This document shows positions 10,092 through 19,739 of a stretch of DNA of 32,000 bases, piece after piece. The number at the start of each line of letters is the position of its first letter. The stretch's first letter is position 1. Under the pieces are notes generated by a model. It was not told the DNA's origin, did no database searches, and saw only the letters and a program-made list of their open reading frames with translations. The translations under genes were made by a program, and so were the position numbers. Origin of the DNA: Candidatus Aldehydirespiratoraceae bacterium (lineage in GTDB: Bacteria > Actinomycetota > Acidimicrobiia > Acidimicrobiales > Aldehydirespiratoraceae); assembly GCA_965208435.1 (NCBI GenBank), contig OZ242337.1, positions 1,422,100 through 1,454,099 of the forward strand, given 5' to 3'.

Positions 10092-10951
10092 GGCGTCGCA
10101 GGGTCCCCAGTGCCTTGGCTGGTGCCCCTGGCTGCGACTGCGGCACCGACGATCCCGGCGTGCATACCGTTGCGAGCCACCGAGATCGGCTTGGAGAGCT
10201 CGAGCTTCGATGAGAACTGCTCAAAGTCGTCGCTGAGCCCACCACCGACGACCCACCGCGAAGGGTTGAGGATTGCCTGAAGTTCGTCGAAGAACGGTTG
10301 TGCACGCCTGGCCCACTCAACAGGGGTGAGCGCCTCAGTTGAGATGGCACGTCCCGATGCGACTTCCTCGAAACAGCCGTCCACGCCACTGAGACTGCCC
10401 AACTCGGAATCGGCTATGAGGTTGCCGTTGTGCAGCAGTGCACTGCCGATGCCGGTGCCGAACGTCAAGACGATCGTGAGGCCGGACTCGTCGAGACTGG
10501 CCTCGCCGTAGACCAGTTCGGCCAGTCCGACCGCGTCGGCGTCGTTGATCAGCACCGCATTGCCTCCGTTGGGGGCGCGCAGCCATGTCAACGCTTCTGT
10601 CTTCTCCCAGGAAGCGCAGAGATTCGGGGCGTGCCTCAAGCTCGATCCGCTGATCATGCCCGGCAGGGCGATGCCTACCGGACCGGTCCACTGCATCGCC
10701 GCAGCGATGCGCCGCGTCGCTGCGGCGACATCATCCGGGTTGGCTGTCGGCGGGGTCGGTTCGACAAGGGCTCGCCTCGTCAGTCTGCCCACTTCGAGAT
10801 CGACGATAGCCCCCTTGATGCTGGTACCTCCAACGTCGATGCCGAGCCACATTGTGGAGCCGTAATCCAGCGGGTGGGGCTGCTGGTCGTGCCCGTCCCC
10901 GTCACGGCTGCGAACAACCTCAGAACACCCCATCTCAATGTCGCGGCTCAT
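10088..10951 (-). CDS. ROK-family / polyphosphate glucokinase-like sugar kinase
   Basis: 'MWLGIDVGGTSIKGAIVDLEVG', 'LTIVLTFGTGIGSALLHNG'; homology-consistent start is MWLGID at 10852, while the ORF extends to 10951 giving an ATGA overlap with the ABC gene. Confidence 0.85.
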   Translation of the reverse strand: MSRDIEMGCSEVVRSRDGDGHDQQPHPLDYGSTMWLGIDVGGTSIKGAIVDLEVGRLTRRALVEPTPPTANPDDVAAATRRIAAAMQWTGPVGIALPGMISGSSLRHAPNLCASWEKTEALTWLRAPNGGNAVLINDADAVGLAELVYGEASLDESGLTIVLTFGTGIGSALLHNGNLIADSELGSLSGVDGCFEEVASGRAISTEALTPVEWARRAQPFFDELQAILNPSRWVVGGGLSDDFEQFSSKLELSKPISVARNGMHAGIVGAAVAARGTSQGTGDPATP

Positions 10952-11751
10952 TCGTCGAGACCGGCGGTTCGAGCGCCCGTGATATAGGCGACAAGGTCGT
11001 CCTTGGTCACCTCACCGACATCGACATCTGCGATTTTCTGACCCTGACGCAACACGATGGCCCGGTCGCACACTGCCGTCACGCGTTCCATGTTGTGAGT
11101 GATCAACAACACGGCGACGCCCGAGTCCCGCAGGCTGCGGATCAACTCGAGCACACGGGCCGCCTGTTCGACGCCCAGCGCCGCCGCGGGTTCGTCGAGC
11201 AGCACGATCTGCTGTCCCCAAGCCACCGCCCGCCCTATCGCCACCGCCTGGCGCTGACCGCCCGACAGAGCATCCAAAGGCCTGCGCAGAGACGGGATGC
11301 GGATGTCGAGACGGCTCAGAATCTCATCGGACTCGCGCCGCATGCGCTTCTTGTCGAGCACGCCGACCAGCGCCCCGAGCCTGCCGCCGCGGGTGTGCTC
11401 ACGGTTGAGGAACAAGTTCTCCACCACATCGAGAGGATCGATCACCGCAAGCGTCTGATGGACCGTCTCAATCCCCAGCGTCCGCGCCGCCTCCGGCGAG
11501 GACACAGCACGCTCAACACCGTTGACACGCACCGTCCCGGCATCGGGCACATACACGCCGGAGATGCACTTGACCAAAGTCGACTTGCCCGCTCCGTTGT
11601 CGCCGAGCAGCGCCGTGACCCGCCCGTAGCGCAGGTCCATCGTCACACCATCGAGCGCCCGCACGGCGCGGAACGACTTGCGCAAGCCAGTGATCTCAAG
11701 CGCAACGGAACCCGGCTGTGCAGAACCCGGATCGGCAGGCACCGCGATCAC
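10948..11751 (-). CDS. sugar ABC transporter ATP-binding protein
   Basis: 267 aa; Walker A 'GDNGAGKSTLVK', signature 'LSGGQRQAVAIGRAV', Walker B 'IVLLDEPAAAL'. Confidence 0.93.
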   Translation of the reverse strand: MIAVPADPGSAQPGSVALEITGLRKSFRAVRALDGVTMDLRYGRVTALLGDNGAGKSTLVKCISGVYVPDAGTVRVNGVERAVSSPEAARTLGIETVHQTLAVIDPLDVVENLFLNREHTRGGRLGALVGVLDKKRMRRESDEILSRLDIRIPSLRRPLDALSGGQRQAVAIGRAVAWGQQIVLLDEPAAALGVEQAARVLELIRSLRDSGVAVLLITHNMERVTAVCDRAIVLRQGQKIADVDVGEVTKDDLVAYITGARTAGLDE

Positions 11752-12959
11752 CGCTGCCCACCGCCGAGCACGACAGGATCACCGAAACAGTTCCACACAC
11801 CCGCCACCCGAGGCTCGCCCCTCGACACGCCCTCAATCCCGACAACGAACGCCCTCGTCACAAAGGCCTGCACACGGAAGCCGAAGACCACCGTCGCACC
11901 CTCAGCCACGGTCCGCCCGCCCTCGGGGTGAAGCTTGGCGTAGTAGTCGATCGCGGCCGGATCGGGCATGTCCGCACGCACCGGGTCAGTCGAGGCCTCA
12001 GACGGGTCGTGCGCCACAACAGCCCGAACCTCGTAGTCGGCGAAGACCGGGTCGATGTAGAGCCCGCCGCCGAAACAGAACGGCACTCCCTGATGGACAT
12101 GGGCCACCTCGCTCAAGTACAGCACCGCCGGCTGCTCAGGCAGATCACCCACCGCATGCAACGGGGTCGTGCCGGTCAGACCATGTCCCGGTTCCACCTG
12201 GGTGCCGCCCGAGTCCGCCAACAGCCCCAGAACCTCAGTCGAGGTCGTCCCGGGCAGATTGAGCTCCAGACGCTCAGGGCTCGCAGGATGCCGACTGGCG
12301 ATCTCCGCAGCCCGGGCCAGGGTCTCAACGTTGCGGGTGGAGCGCACCGCCCCAGTCTCAGAAGAGAACAGCAGCGCCGGAAACGTCGTGAGTCCGGCGA
12401 ACTCCACACCCTGAAGCGAGGCGATGCGGTCGATCATGGCGGGCAGATCGTCCAACAGGACACCACCCTCATGGCCGCTGTAGAACTCGTCGCCCGGATC
12501 GAAGACCCGCACCAACAGCCGCTGCGAACGCCCGCTGGCACGAGCCGCAAAAGCAGATTCAACAGCTTTGTTCGCCGAGAAGACCGTCCAATAATCGGGC
12601 TCAAGGCCGGCGGCCTCAGCAGCCTCGGCTCTCGGAACCTGGACCAGATGGCCCAGATGGCCGAGCCGGTGACCGTTGCGGGCGATGGGCCGGGCACACG
12701 CCATGTCGACCGCGACGAACCCGTCGGCGCCGCCGCGCGCCATGGCAGCGAGCGCGCCCGGCGCCCGGCCGATCTGCTTGGTCATGGCGTAGACGGTCAG
12801 GCCCAGGTCGTGCGCCCGTCCACACAACAGGGCAGTGTTGGCCTCAATGGTGTCGAGGTCGAGCACACAACTGTTGGCTGGAATCCGCCCGGCCTGGTGG
12901 AGCCCGACCGCCGCCTCGACGAAACGCGGATTGTGCTCGAGAAGGGACCGAAGGAACAC
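11748..12959 (-). CDS. YhfX-like alanine racemase-fold PLP-dependent protein
   Basis: 403 aa; 'NSCVLDLDTIEANTALLCGRAHDLGLTVYAMTKQIGRAPGALAAM' (PLP-Lys region), 'VEPGHGLTGTTPLH'. Confidence 0.75.
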   Translation of the reverse strand: MFLRSLLEHNPRFVEAAVGLHQAGRIPANSCVLDLDTIEANTALLCGRAHDLGLTVYAMTKQIGRAPGALAAMARGGADGFVAVDMACARPIARNGHRLGHLGHLVQVPRAEAAEAAGLEPDYWTVFSANKAVESAFAARASGRSQRLLVRVFDPGDEFYSGHEGGVLLDDLPAMIDRIASLQGVEFAGLTTFPALLFSSETGAVRSTRNVETLARAAEIASRHPASPERLELNLPGTTSTEVLGLLADSGGTQVEPGHGLTGTTPLHAVGDLPEQPAVLYLSEVAHVHQGVPFCFGGGLYIDPVFADYEVRAVVAHDPSEASTDPVRADMPDPAAIDYYAKLHPEGGRTVAEGATVVFGFRVQAFVTRAFVVGIEGVSRGEPRVAGVWNCFGDPVVLGGGQR

Positions 12960-12960
12960 C

Positions 12961-13962
12961 TCAACTCTCTTTCTGTTCTCGCATACTCAACGACACGGCC
13001 AGGATGATTATCACTCCCCGGGCGATCTGTTGGTCCGAAACCCGCAGGCCCCAGAGGATCAAGCCGTTGTTCAGCATCGCCATGACAACCGACCCAGCGA
13101 CAGCGCCCGCCACTGAGGCCCGCCCGCCGAAAAGGTTGGTCCCCCCGATCACGACGGCCGCGATCACCGTGAGCAACAGGTTCTCACCGAGGTCATGGCG
13201 ACCGATGGCAAGCCTGCTGGCGAGTAGCACACCGGCGAACGAAGCCGCCGCCGCGCTCACAACCAGGGCCGAAATACGGACCCGGTCGGTATTGATGCCC
13301 AGCGCCTTGGCCGCCGAGCGATCAGAACCCACCGACAGCACATGGCGACCCCAGCGCAGCTGATGCAGAGCGAAATGACCCAGAAGCCCGACCACCGCAG
13401 TCCAGATGAGCAGCGACGAGACCGGGCCGACAGAGCCCGATCCGAAGATCTCCCGGAAGGCGTCGTTGCGAATCGGCAACGACTGAAGGTTGTTCATGTT
13501 GCGGGCGACTCCGCTGACGATCCCGAGCATCCCCAACGTCACAAGGAATGAAGGGATGCGCACCTTGACGGTGATGAACCCGTTGATGAGCCCGATGCCG
13601 GCACCGACGGCCACTGCTGCCAGAGTGCCCGCAACGAAACCGTGGCTGCCCACGACCTCCGCGGCGACCAACGACGACAGAGCAGCAACCGAACCGACCG
13701 ACAGGTCGATCTCCGAGGACGCCAAGGCGAAGGACATGCCCACCGCCATGACCGCGATCGGCGCCGACTGGCGTCCGATGTTTATGAGATTGGAGGAAGT
13801 GAGGAACCCATCGTCGTGCAGAAACACGGCAAACAGCAGGAACACCAGTACCGCAGCCGCGTACACAACGTAGTGACGCAGCTCTGCGTGCTGTCTCCAA
13901 CCGTCGATCCGCGCACGCGCCCCTGAAGGGAGAAGAATGGCGGCGCGCAAATCCCGGTTCAC
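12961..13962 (-). CDS. ribose/xylose-type ABC transporter permease
   Basis: 333 aa; multiple TM segments, 'GHDLGENLLLTVIAAVVIGGTNLFGGRASVAGAVAGSVVMAMLNNGLIL'. Confidence 0.92.
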   Translation of the reverse strand: MNRDLRAAILLPSGARARIDGWRQHAELRHYVVYAAAVLVFLLFAVFLHDDGFLTSSNLINIGRQSAPIAVMAVGMSFALASSEIDLSVGSVAALSSLVAAEVVGSHGFVAGTLAAVAVGAGIGLINGFITVKVRIPSFLVTLGMLGIVSGVARNMNNLQSLPIRNDAFREIFGSGSVGPVSSLLIWTAVVGLLGHFALHQLRWGRHVLSVGSDRSAAKALGINTDRVRISALVVSAAAASFAGVLLASRLAIGRHDLGENLLLTVIAAVVIGGTNLFGGRASVAGAVAGSVVMAMLNNGLILWGLRVSDQQIARGVIIILAVSLSMREQKES

Positions 13963-13987
13963 GATGGGTTCCTCAGATCAAGCCGAC

Positions 13988-15196
13988 TCAGCCGAGGGCA
14001 TCCAGAACCTCTTGGGGAGGATCGTCGGCCAGCGACTGGCGATACCCCTCCTCGATGTTGTCGGCCGTGACCCCGATGGCCGGAACCACCACGAAGGCAG
14101 GCGCCGACTTGCCGAGCACCCCGTAGGCGCCCTCGAGGGCCATGGTGCGTCCGAGGTTGTACGCCTCATCGGCGGCGATGCCGACGACATTGCCCCCCTC
14201 GACCATGTCGAGCGACACGTTGGTATCGAGGTCCATGGTCACGACCGCCACATCGGAGGCGCCCGCGGCACGCAGCGCAGCGATGACGCCATCGGCCGGA
14301 CCCGCCGACCACGGTGCATAGATGCCGTCGAGGTCAGGGTTGCGGGTGAGCAGCGCGGAGGCGATCTCCTCAGCTGCGGCCGGGTCCGCCAACCCCTGCT
14401 CGGCGACAATCTCCATGTCCGGGTAGTTGGCCTCGATCCAGGACTTGAAAGCCTGGTCCCGCTGGTTGGTCACGTAGTAGGCCGCGTCGTGGAAGATGAA
14501 GCCCACTTCGCCCTGCCCGCCGAGCGCGTCAGCGAGCAGATCAGCCGCAGTGATGCCCATCGCCGCAAGGTCGTCGGTCACGATGCCGACATAGTCCTCG
14601 CCGTGAACGTAACCCTGGGGAACGTTGGACAGGAACACCAGCGACACTCCGGCGTCCACAGCCGGGCGGAACGCCTCGGCGCCCGCATCGGGGCCGATCG
14701 CCAGGCTGATAATGATGTCGGGGTCCTGGGCCATGACGGTCTCAACGTCATTGGCCTGCTGAGCTGCGTCGAAACCGGCGTCGGTCTCCGCAATCACGTT
14801 GATCCCGAGTTCCGCGAACGCGTCGCGGGCCCCCTGGCTCACCGCATCCGTGAAAGCACCGGAGGTGTGCCACAGCAGCGCTGCTGTGTATTCGCCCGCC
14901 TGAACTTCGGCGATCTCGGCGTCGTCGAGGCTTATCTCGCTCGCCGCTACGGCCTGCTCGCCGCCGGGCCCCTGGGTAACGGGCCGCTCGGGCTCGGGCT
15001 CGGGCTCAGGTTCCGGCTCGGGCTCAGGTTCCGGCTCGGGCTCGGGATCAGGCGCGGCGGTGGTGGTAGTGGCAGCGTCTGATGAAGTATCATCGTCATC
15101 GCTGTCATCGCCGCATGAGGCGGCGAAGACTGCGAACACGGCGATCAGCGACACGAGTAGCAGCCACTTGGGTATCTTGTTTCTTGGTTGTTTCAT
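13988..15196 (-). CDS. sugar ABC transporter substrate-binding lipoprotein
   Basis: 402 aa; lipobox 'AVFAASC', (EP)n linker, RbsB-like PBP fold 'AVVTMDLDTNVSLDMVEGGNVVGIAADEAYNLGRTM'. Confidence 0.9.
   Translation of the reverse strand: MKQPRNKIPKWLLLVSLIAVFAVFAASCGDDSDDDDTSSDAATTTTAAPDPEPEPEPEPEPEPEPEPEPERPVTQGPGGEQAVAASEISLDDAEIAEVQAGEYTAALLWHTSGAFTDAVSQGARDAFAELGINVIAETDAGFDAAQQANDVETVMAQDPDIIISLAIGPDAGAEAFRPAVDAGVSLVFLSNVPQGYVHGEDYVGIVTDDLAAMGITAADLLADALGGQGEVGFIFHDAAYYVTNQRDQAFKSWIEANYPDMEIVAEQGLADPAAAEEIASALLTRNPDLDGIYAPWSAGPADGVIAALRAAGASDVAVVTMDLDTNVSLDMVEGGNVVGIAADEAYNLGRTMALEGAYGVLGKSAPAFVVVPAIGVTADNIEEGYRQSLADDPPQEVLDALG
14990..15055. repeat. low-complexity Pro-Glu (EP)n coding repeat in the lipoprotein linker
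   Basis: repeated ggctcgggctc / aggttccggctcgggctc units encoding PEPEPEPEPEPE. Confidence 0.85.
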
Positions 15197-15217
15197 GGTC
15201 CCCTCCTTTGGGTCCAG

Positions 15218-16465
15218 TTATGGATCAGCAACCCCGCACCACTGCGCGATGAAGTGGGCGAGCGTACGCGTGGCAGTGACCAGTTCGTCTACGGCCAGCC
15301 GCTCGAACGGCGTGTGACAGTGGGAAATGTCTCCCGGAGCGAAGTAGACGCCGGGAATCCCCAGCTCCCGCAGAAACGGCTTCTCCGACCAGTAGGGGGC
15401 ACCCTCGATCCGAGCGCCCTCTCCGGTCACCTGTTCAATCGACCGGGCCAACACCGCAACCCCCGGATGGTCGACGTCCAGTTCGTCGGGCGTCCCTCCG
15501 AAACGGTGGTCCCGCGGCGCGCTGAACTCCACTGTGCAGTCCACTGAGTGCTCGTCGGCGATCTGTTGGGCGATGGTTCCGATCCGCCCGGCGGCGGTGT
15601 CGAGGCTCTCACCGGGAAGCACCTTGCGGATCAGTGACAGCTCGAAGCGTCCCGGCACCGCGATGTTGCCTCCCGAGGTCACCGAAGTGACCAGCAGGAA
15701 CGCCTCCCCGAGCAGATCATGTGCAGCGACGCCTGAGCGCAGTTCCTCGGAATGGCTCCAAAGCCCCTCCAGCAGGCTGTGGCCGGCCTTGAGAGCGTCC
15801 ACACCGAGCTCCGGGCGCCCGAAGTACGCGGACACCCCGGTATAGCCGATATCGGCTATCAGGAATCCCATCTGCGCCGTGTAGATCGCCGATGTCGTCG
15901 GCTCCGTGTAGATCGCGAAGTCCGCTTCGGGCCATTTCCCGTCGCGGTCCTTCACCGCGGCGCGCATCCCCGCGGACACGCCGCTGCCGGGCTGTCCCGA
16001 CTCCTCGTCGCACACGAACAGCGTCGAGACTCTGCCAGCGGGCCGCAGGCCGACCCTCTCGAATGCGCGGACCGCCTCGATGATCGCGCAGATCCCCGCC
16101 TTCTGGTCCGCGACCCCGCGTCCCCAGATGGCGCCGTCGATGATCGGCGAGGCGAACGGGTCCTCACGGTCGGTTCCCTGCCAGTGCTCCGTCCAGTCGT
16201 CGGTCGCCACCGTGTCGAGATGCCCGGCCAGCAGCAGCGACCGCCCCGAGCCGCCCCCGGCCGAGCCGTGCACATTGGGTCGTTTCGGGGCGCATTCCAC
16301 CAGTTCGGACTCACCGAACACCTCGGACTCGTTGATTCGACCGAAGACCCAGTTGGCGAAGGCCTCCTCGTTGGGAGTCACACTGGGGATCCGAACTGCT
16401 TCGCGCACGAGTTCTACGAGCGCATCGCTGTCGACGGCGCCTGCGACCTCTAAAGCAGCGCTCAT
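15218..16465 (-). CDS. M20-family metallopeptidase (ArgE/DapE-like deacylase/peptidase)
   Basis: 415 aa; 'LLLAGHLDTVATDDW', 'IWGRGVADQKAGICAI', 'FVCDEESGQPGSG'. Confidence 0.88.
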   Translation of the reverse strand: MSAALEVAGAVDSDALVELVREAVRIPSVTPNEEAFANWVFGRINESEVFGESELVECAPKRPNVHGSAGGGSGRSLLLAGHLDTVATDDWTEHWQGTDREDPFASPIIDGAIWGRGVADQKAGICAIIEAVRAFERVGLRPAGRVSTLFVCDEESGQPGSGVSAGMRAAVKDRDGKWPEADFAIYTEPTTSAIYTAQMGFLIADIGYTGVSAYFGRPELGVDALKAGHSLLEGLWSHSEELRSGVAAHDLLGEAFLLVTSVTSGGNIAVPGRFELSLIRKVLPGESLDTAAGRIGTIAQQIADEHSVDCTVEFSAPRDHRFGGTPDELDVDHPGVAVLARSIEQVTGEGARIEGAPYWSEKPFLRELGIPGVYFAPGDISHCHTPFERLAVDELVTATRTLAHFIAQWCGVADP

Positions 16466-17655
16466 CTCTGCTGGTCTCCCAAGATCTCTGTGACCAGGGA
16501 CTCATGCACGGAACGCAGAGACATCGACACCGCTCCTACCAGAGCTGCCCGGCGGCCCAGAGTCGATGCCGAAAGCTCGGGAGGCGGGTCGACCAACCGG
16601 GAGAGGTGCAACCGGACTGCGTCCACGAACACCGGGTTGCTGCCCACACCTCCGCCGAAAACGACATGCCCGGGGTCTGCGATCAGACACAGGTGCGATA
16701 CCGCCAGCGCCATGGCCCCTGCCACCTCGTCGAGCACGGACCGCGCCGCATCGTCGCCCGCTTCAACGGCTTCGAATATTTCCGGCACATCCGCGCTGGG
16801 GTCGAGCGCGGAGCGGAGCCCGTCCTCGATCGCGCGTCCGAACAGCTTGCGGATCGAGGGCGCGGAGGCCACATCCTCGAGGGTGACCGGCACCGCGCCG
16901 GGGGCGGGCAGCGACAACAGCAGGGAGCCGACCTCGCCCGCAGATCCGGTGCCGCCCCGGTATAGGTCTCCGCCGACCACCATTCCCAGACCGATACCCG
17001 TGCCGACGGAGATTGCCGCGAAGTCCCTGTCGGGCTGTCCGGCCCCCATCTGAGTCAATTCGCCCAGCGCAGCCAGGTTGACGTCGTTCTCTATGTGGAC
17101 ACGACCGTCCATGCGCTCTGAGAGGAACTCGTGCACCGCCAGACCGTCGAACCCGGGCAGGTTGAGGGCCTGTTCCACGCGGTCGCGGTCACGCCGGTAT
17201 ATTCCGGGCACTCCGATGCACACGCCGCTGCAGGGTCCGTCAATGCTCCGAAGCATCTCAGTGGACGTGCCGACGAGACCATCCAGCGCCGTCCGGGCAT
17301 CGGGACCCGTCTCCACCTCGCACTCGACGACCAGATTGCCCAACAAGTCGCAGACACCGACCAGCATCTTCGTGGCGCCGATGTCGGCGACCACTGAGTG
17401 CCGGGCCGTCGGAACCAGTTCGTAGAGGGCGGCAGGGCGGCCGATCGAACCAGACTTGGGGCTGTCGTTGGCGACTCGGACCAACCCTGCGGACTCCATG
17501 TCAGCGACCAGCGCCGACACAGTCGGTTTGGAGAGGCCGGTGGATCGGGCGATCTCGGCCCTCGACATCCTTCGGGGGTGTGACGCGAACAGTGCGTCAA
17601 CAATCCGTTGGCCACTGATCAGCCTCAGTACAGCGCTTCCAGACCCTTCGCTCAT
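16462..17655 (-). CDS. ROK-family transcriptional repressor
   Basis: 397 aa; N-terminal wHTH 'MSRAEIARSTGLSKPTVSALVADMESAGLV' plus ROK sugar-kinase-like domain. Confidence 0.9.
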   Translation of the reverse strand: MSEGSGSAVLRLISGQRIVDALFASHPRRMSRAEIARSTGLSKPTVSALVADMESAGLVRVANDSPKSGSIGRPAALYELVPTARHSVVADIGATKMLVGVCDLLGNLVVECEVETGPDARTALDGLVGTSTEMLRSIDGPCSGVCIGVPGIYRRDRDRVEQALNLPGFDGLAVHEFLSERMDGRVHIENDVNLAALGELTQMGAGQPDRDFAAISVGTGIGLGMVVGGDLYRGGTGSAGEVGSLLLSLPAPGAVPVTLEDVASAPSIRKLFGRAIEDGLRSALDPSADVPEIFEAVEAGDDAARSVLDEVAGAMALAVSHLCLIADPGHVVFGGGVGSNPVFVDAVRLHLSRLVDPPPELSASTLGRRAALVGAVSMSLRSVHESLVTEILGDQQR

Positions 17656-17656
17656 A

Positions 17657-17679
17657 TTGTTAGTAATCTTACCTTACAA
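17657..17679. promoter_or_regulatory. imperfect palindrome abutting the ROK repressor start codon (candidate autoregulatory operator)
   Basis: TTGTTAGTAATCTTACCTTACAA; arms TTGTtAG / CTtACAA, at -2 to -24 from the ATG. Confidence 0.4.
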
Positions 17680-17829
17680 ATCAGGAATGTCAAGAAAGAT
17701 TCGACTGAGCCAAAACGGCTGGCCGCCCGGCGAAAAACACAGCGCAGCTCCGACTACACCCGCCAATAACACAGCACAGTTCCTGCTACGCTCGGCAACA
17801 ACAAGGCAAAGCACAGTAGCGTCAACGGG

Positions 17830-18540
17830 ATGTACAACCTGATCCTGGTGCGCCACGGGCGTTCGGAGTGGAACGACCTCAACCTCTTCACCGGCTGGTA
17901 CGACTGCCCGTTGATGGAGACCGGTCGACAGGAGGCCCGCGACGCCGTGCCGCTGCTGGCCGAGGCAGGCCTGCTGCCGGACATACTCCACACCTCGCTG
18001 CTGCAACGGGCCATCGAGACCGCCGAGATCATCCTCGCCGGACTCGACCGCCGGTGGATTCCCGTGCGAAGGCACTGGCGGCTCAACGAACGCCACTACG
18101 GCAACCTCACCGGCCTCGACAAGGCCCAGGTCGGCGAGATCCACGGTGCCGAACAACTCCGGCAGTGGCGACGCAGCTACAGCACCCCGCCACCGCCGAT
18201 CAGCGAAGACAACGAGTTCAACCCGGCGAAGTCCGCCGCCTACGCCGACCTCGCACCGGAACTGATGCCCGACACCGAGTGCCTCGCAGACGTGGTGGAC
18301 CGGCTCTTGCCCTACTGGTACGACTCGCTGGTCCCCGACCTGCGCACCGGCCGCAACGTCATGGTCGCCGCCCACGGCAACTCACTGCGGGCCCTCGTCA
18401 AACACCTCGACAACATAAGCGACGACGAGATAATCGAACTCAACATCCCCACCGGCGTCCCCCTGCACTACACCATCGGCCCCGACATGCGCCCCACCGA
18501 CCAGGCCCACCCCCTCGACCGGGCCCTGACCGCCGACTGA
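17830..18540 (+). CDS. gpmA: 2,3-bisphosphoglycerate-dependent phosphoglycerate mutase
   Basis: 236 aa; '[22 protein letters not shown]', '[15 protein letters not shown]', '[16 protein letters not shown]'. Confidence 0.96.
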   Translation: MYNLILVRHGRSEWNDLNLFTGWYDCPLMETGRQEARDAVPLLAEAGLLPDILHTSLLQRAIETAEIILAGLDRRWIPVRRHWRLNERHYGNLTGLDKAQVGEIHGAEQLRQWRRSYSTPPPPISEDNEFNPAKSAAYADLAPELMPDTECLADVVDRLLPYWYDSLVPDLRTGRNVMVAAHGNSLRALVKHLDNISDDEIIELNIPTGVPLHYTIGPDMRPTDQAHPLDRALTAD

Positions 18541-18587
18541 ACGACCTGGAGGAGGCGGGTTCGCTTGGTCGCGCGGATGTCGTACCA

Positions 18588-19739
18588 CTAGATCAAGGGC
18601 TGAGGTACCATCCATAGATTTTCGGCGGACCGCCGAAAGAAACCCGCGGGATGCTGTTCTTGCGCCGCCTTCATACGTTCGGCATTCAAGTTCTTTGGGT
18701 TTGCTTCGGTCATTCGAAGCGCTTGAAGACCACCGCAGACTACTTTCGCCGAATACCAACCGAGCCTTTGCGCTCCAATAGGCAACCGGGGTGTTAGATC
18801 CACTGCAAAGGCTGGTCCAGCGGTGCGTTCCATCTCGTTCGCAAGTTCAGCGAGAGTCAGTGGTCGTCCATCTGTGTGATTCGACGCGGGCGGCACGAAC
18901 GCGTCAACCCACTCCCGGAGCGACTGATTCGCTTCCTCAGAAGTCCAGTACTTCGCGCGAGTGAGGTCATCGACAACGTGCCGTGGCGGCACCTGGCCAT
19001 GGGCCGTGAAAACACCGCGGAGCACGCAAAGGACCTGGAGGGCCTCACGAAGCGCTCGGCAACTACCCTCGAGACTTGAGTATGAGATCGCGGCACCTAC
19101 CGCACTGGCCGGCGCCGGACCAATGACACAACCCACGAAAGCGCTGTACCCCGGGATTGGGGTCGCCATACGAGCGATCACAACGTCGGTATCTTGTTCT
19201 TCAGCGCTCGTCAAAAGGCGGTCCATGCTGCTTGATCCTCGGTGTTCAGCGAGATCGACTCGTTCGAGTCTGGCTTGAAGATTCCACGCGACCATCACCG
19301 CATCCCGTTCAACGAGTTCGAGCAGGCCCGACCGTATGGCGGCTTCAAGACTTGGACCGGATGCCGCGCCAGACGGCGACGGGTCAACCGTCGCATTGGT
19401 GTTGATGTCAAGTGGATAGTCCACCTCGACCTCGGGGACATCGACGGTCTGTTCCCAGTCCGAAAGCCTGAAGCCAGAATATGACGTTTCGCGGAGCGCG
19501 CTCGGAAAGAGCGAGCGGCGCTCAACCGCCTCCCCAACGCCACGCAGAATCGTGTCGTGCCGGGTCAGACCCGCCGCACCAACCAGCGCTAGGGAGTGTG
19601 CCTCGCTATCAGTTGCCCCGTTTCGGCCGATATTAATAGCAAGAGTCCACAGCCTACAGTTCTCAACGCACGGCGGGTAGAGCGTGGCGCTGCTGGCCAC
19701 ACCTACCGACGGCTCCAGGGTTTCGAGGTATTTTATCAC
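18588..19739 (-). CDS. YcaO-domain protein (RiPP tailoring candidate), last gene of the operon
   Basis: 383 aa; YcaO motifs 'RGVGEAVERRSLF', 'IRSGLLELVERDAVMVAW', 'SSLEGSCRALREALQ'; 4-bp start/stop overlap with the upstream dehydrogenase gene. Confidence 0.82.
   Translation of the reverse strand: MIKYLETLEPSVGVASSATLYPPCVENCRLWTLAINIGRNGATDSEAHSLALVGAAGLTRHDTILRGVGEAVERRSLFPSALRETSYSGFRLSDWEQTVDVPEVEVDYPLDINTNATVDPSPSGAASGPSLEAAIRSGLLELVERDAVMVAWNLQARLERVDLAEHRGSSSMDRLLTSAEEQDTDVVIARMATPIPGYSAFVGCVIGPAPASAVGAAISYSSLEGSCRALREALQVLCVLRGVFTAHGQVPPRHVVDDLTRAKYWTSEEANQSLREWVDAFVPPASNHTDGRPLTLAELANEMERTAGPAFAVDLTPRLPIGAQRLGWYSAKVVCGGLQALRMTEANPKNLNAERMKAAQEQHPAGFFRRSAENLWMVPQPLI

Noticed and set aside
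11718-13007. 429-aa + strand ORF
   Set aside because: Shadow of the YhfX-like gene on the minus strand; Arg/His/Pro-rich translation without family motifs
14990-15055. Short regular repeats considered as CRISPR or VNTR locus
   Set aside because: In-frame PE-codon low complexity in the lipoprotein linker; no spacers
17674-18375. 233-aa minus ORF opposite gpmA
   Set aside because: gpmA on the + strand is unambiguous; the opposite ORF is a shadow
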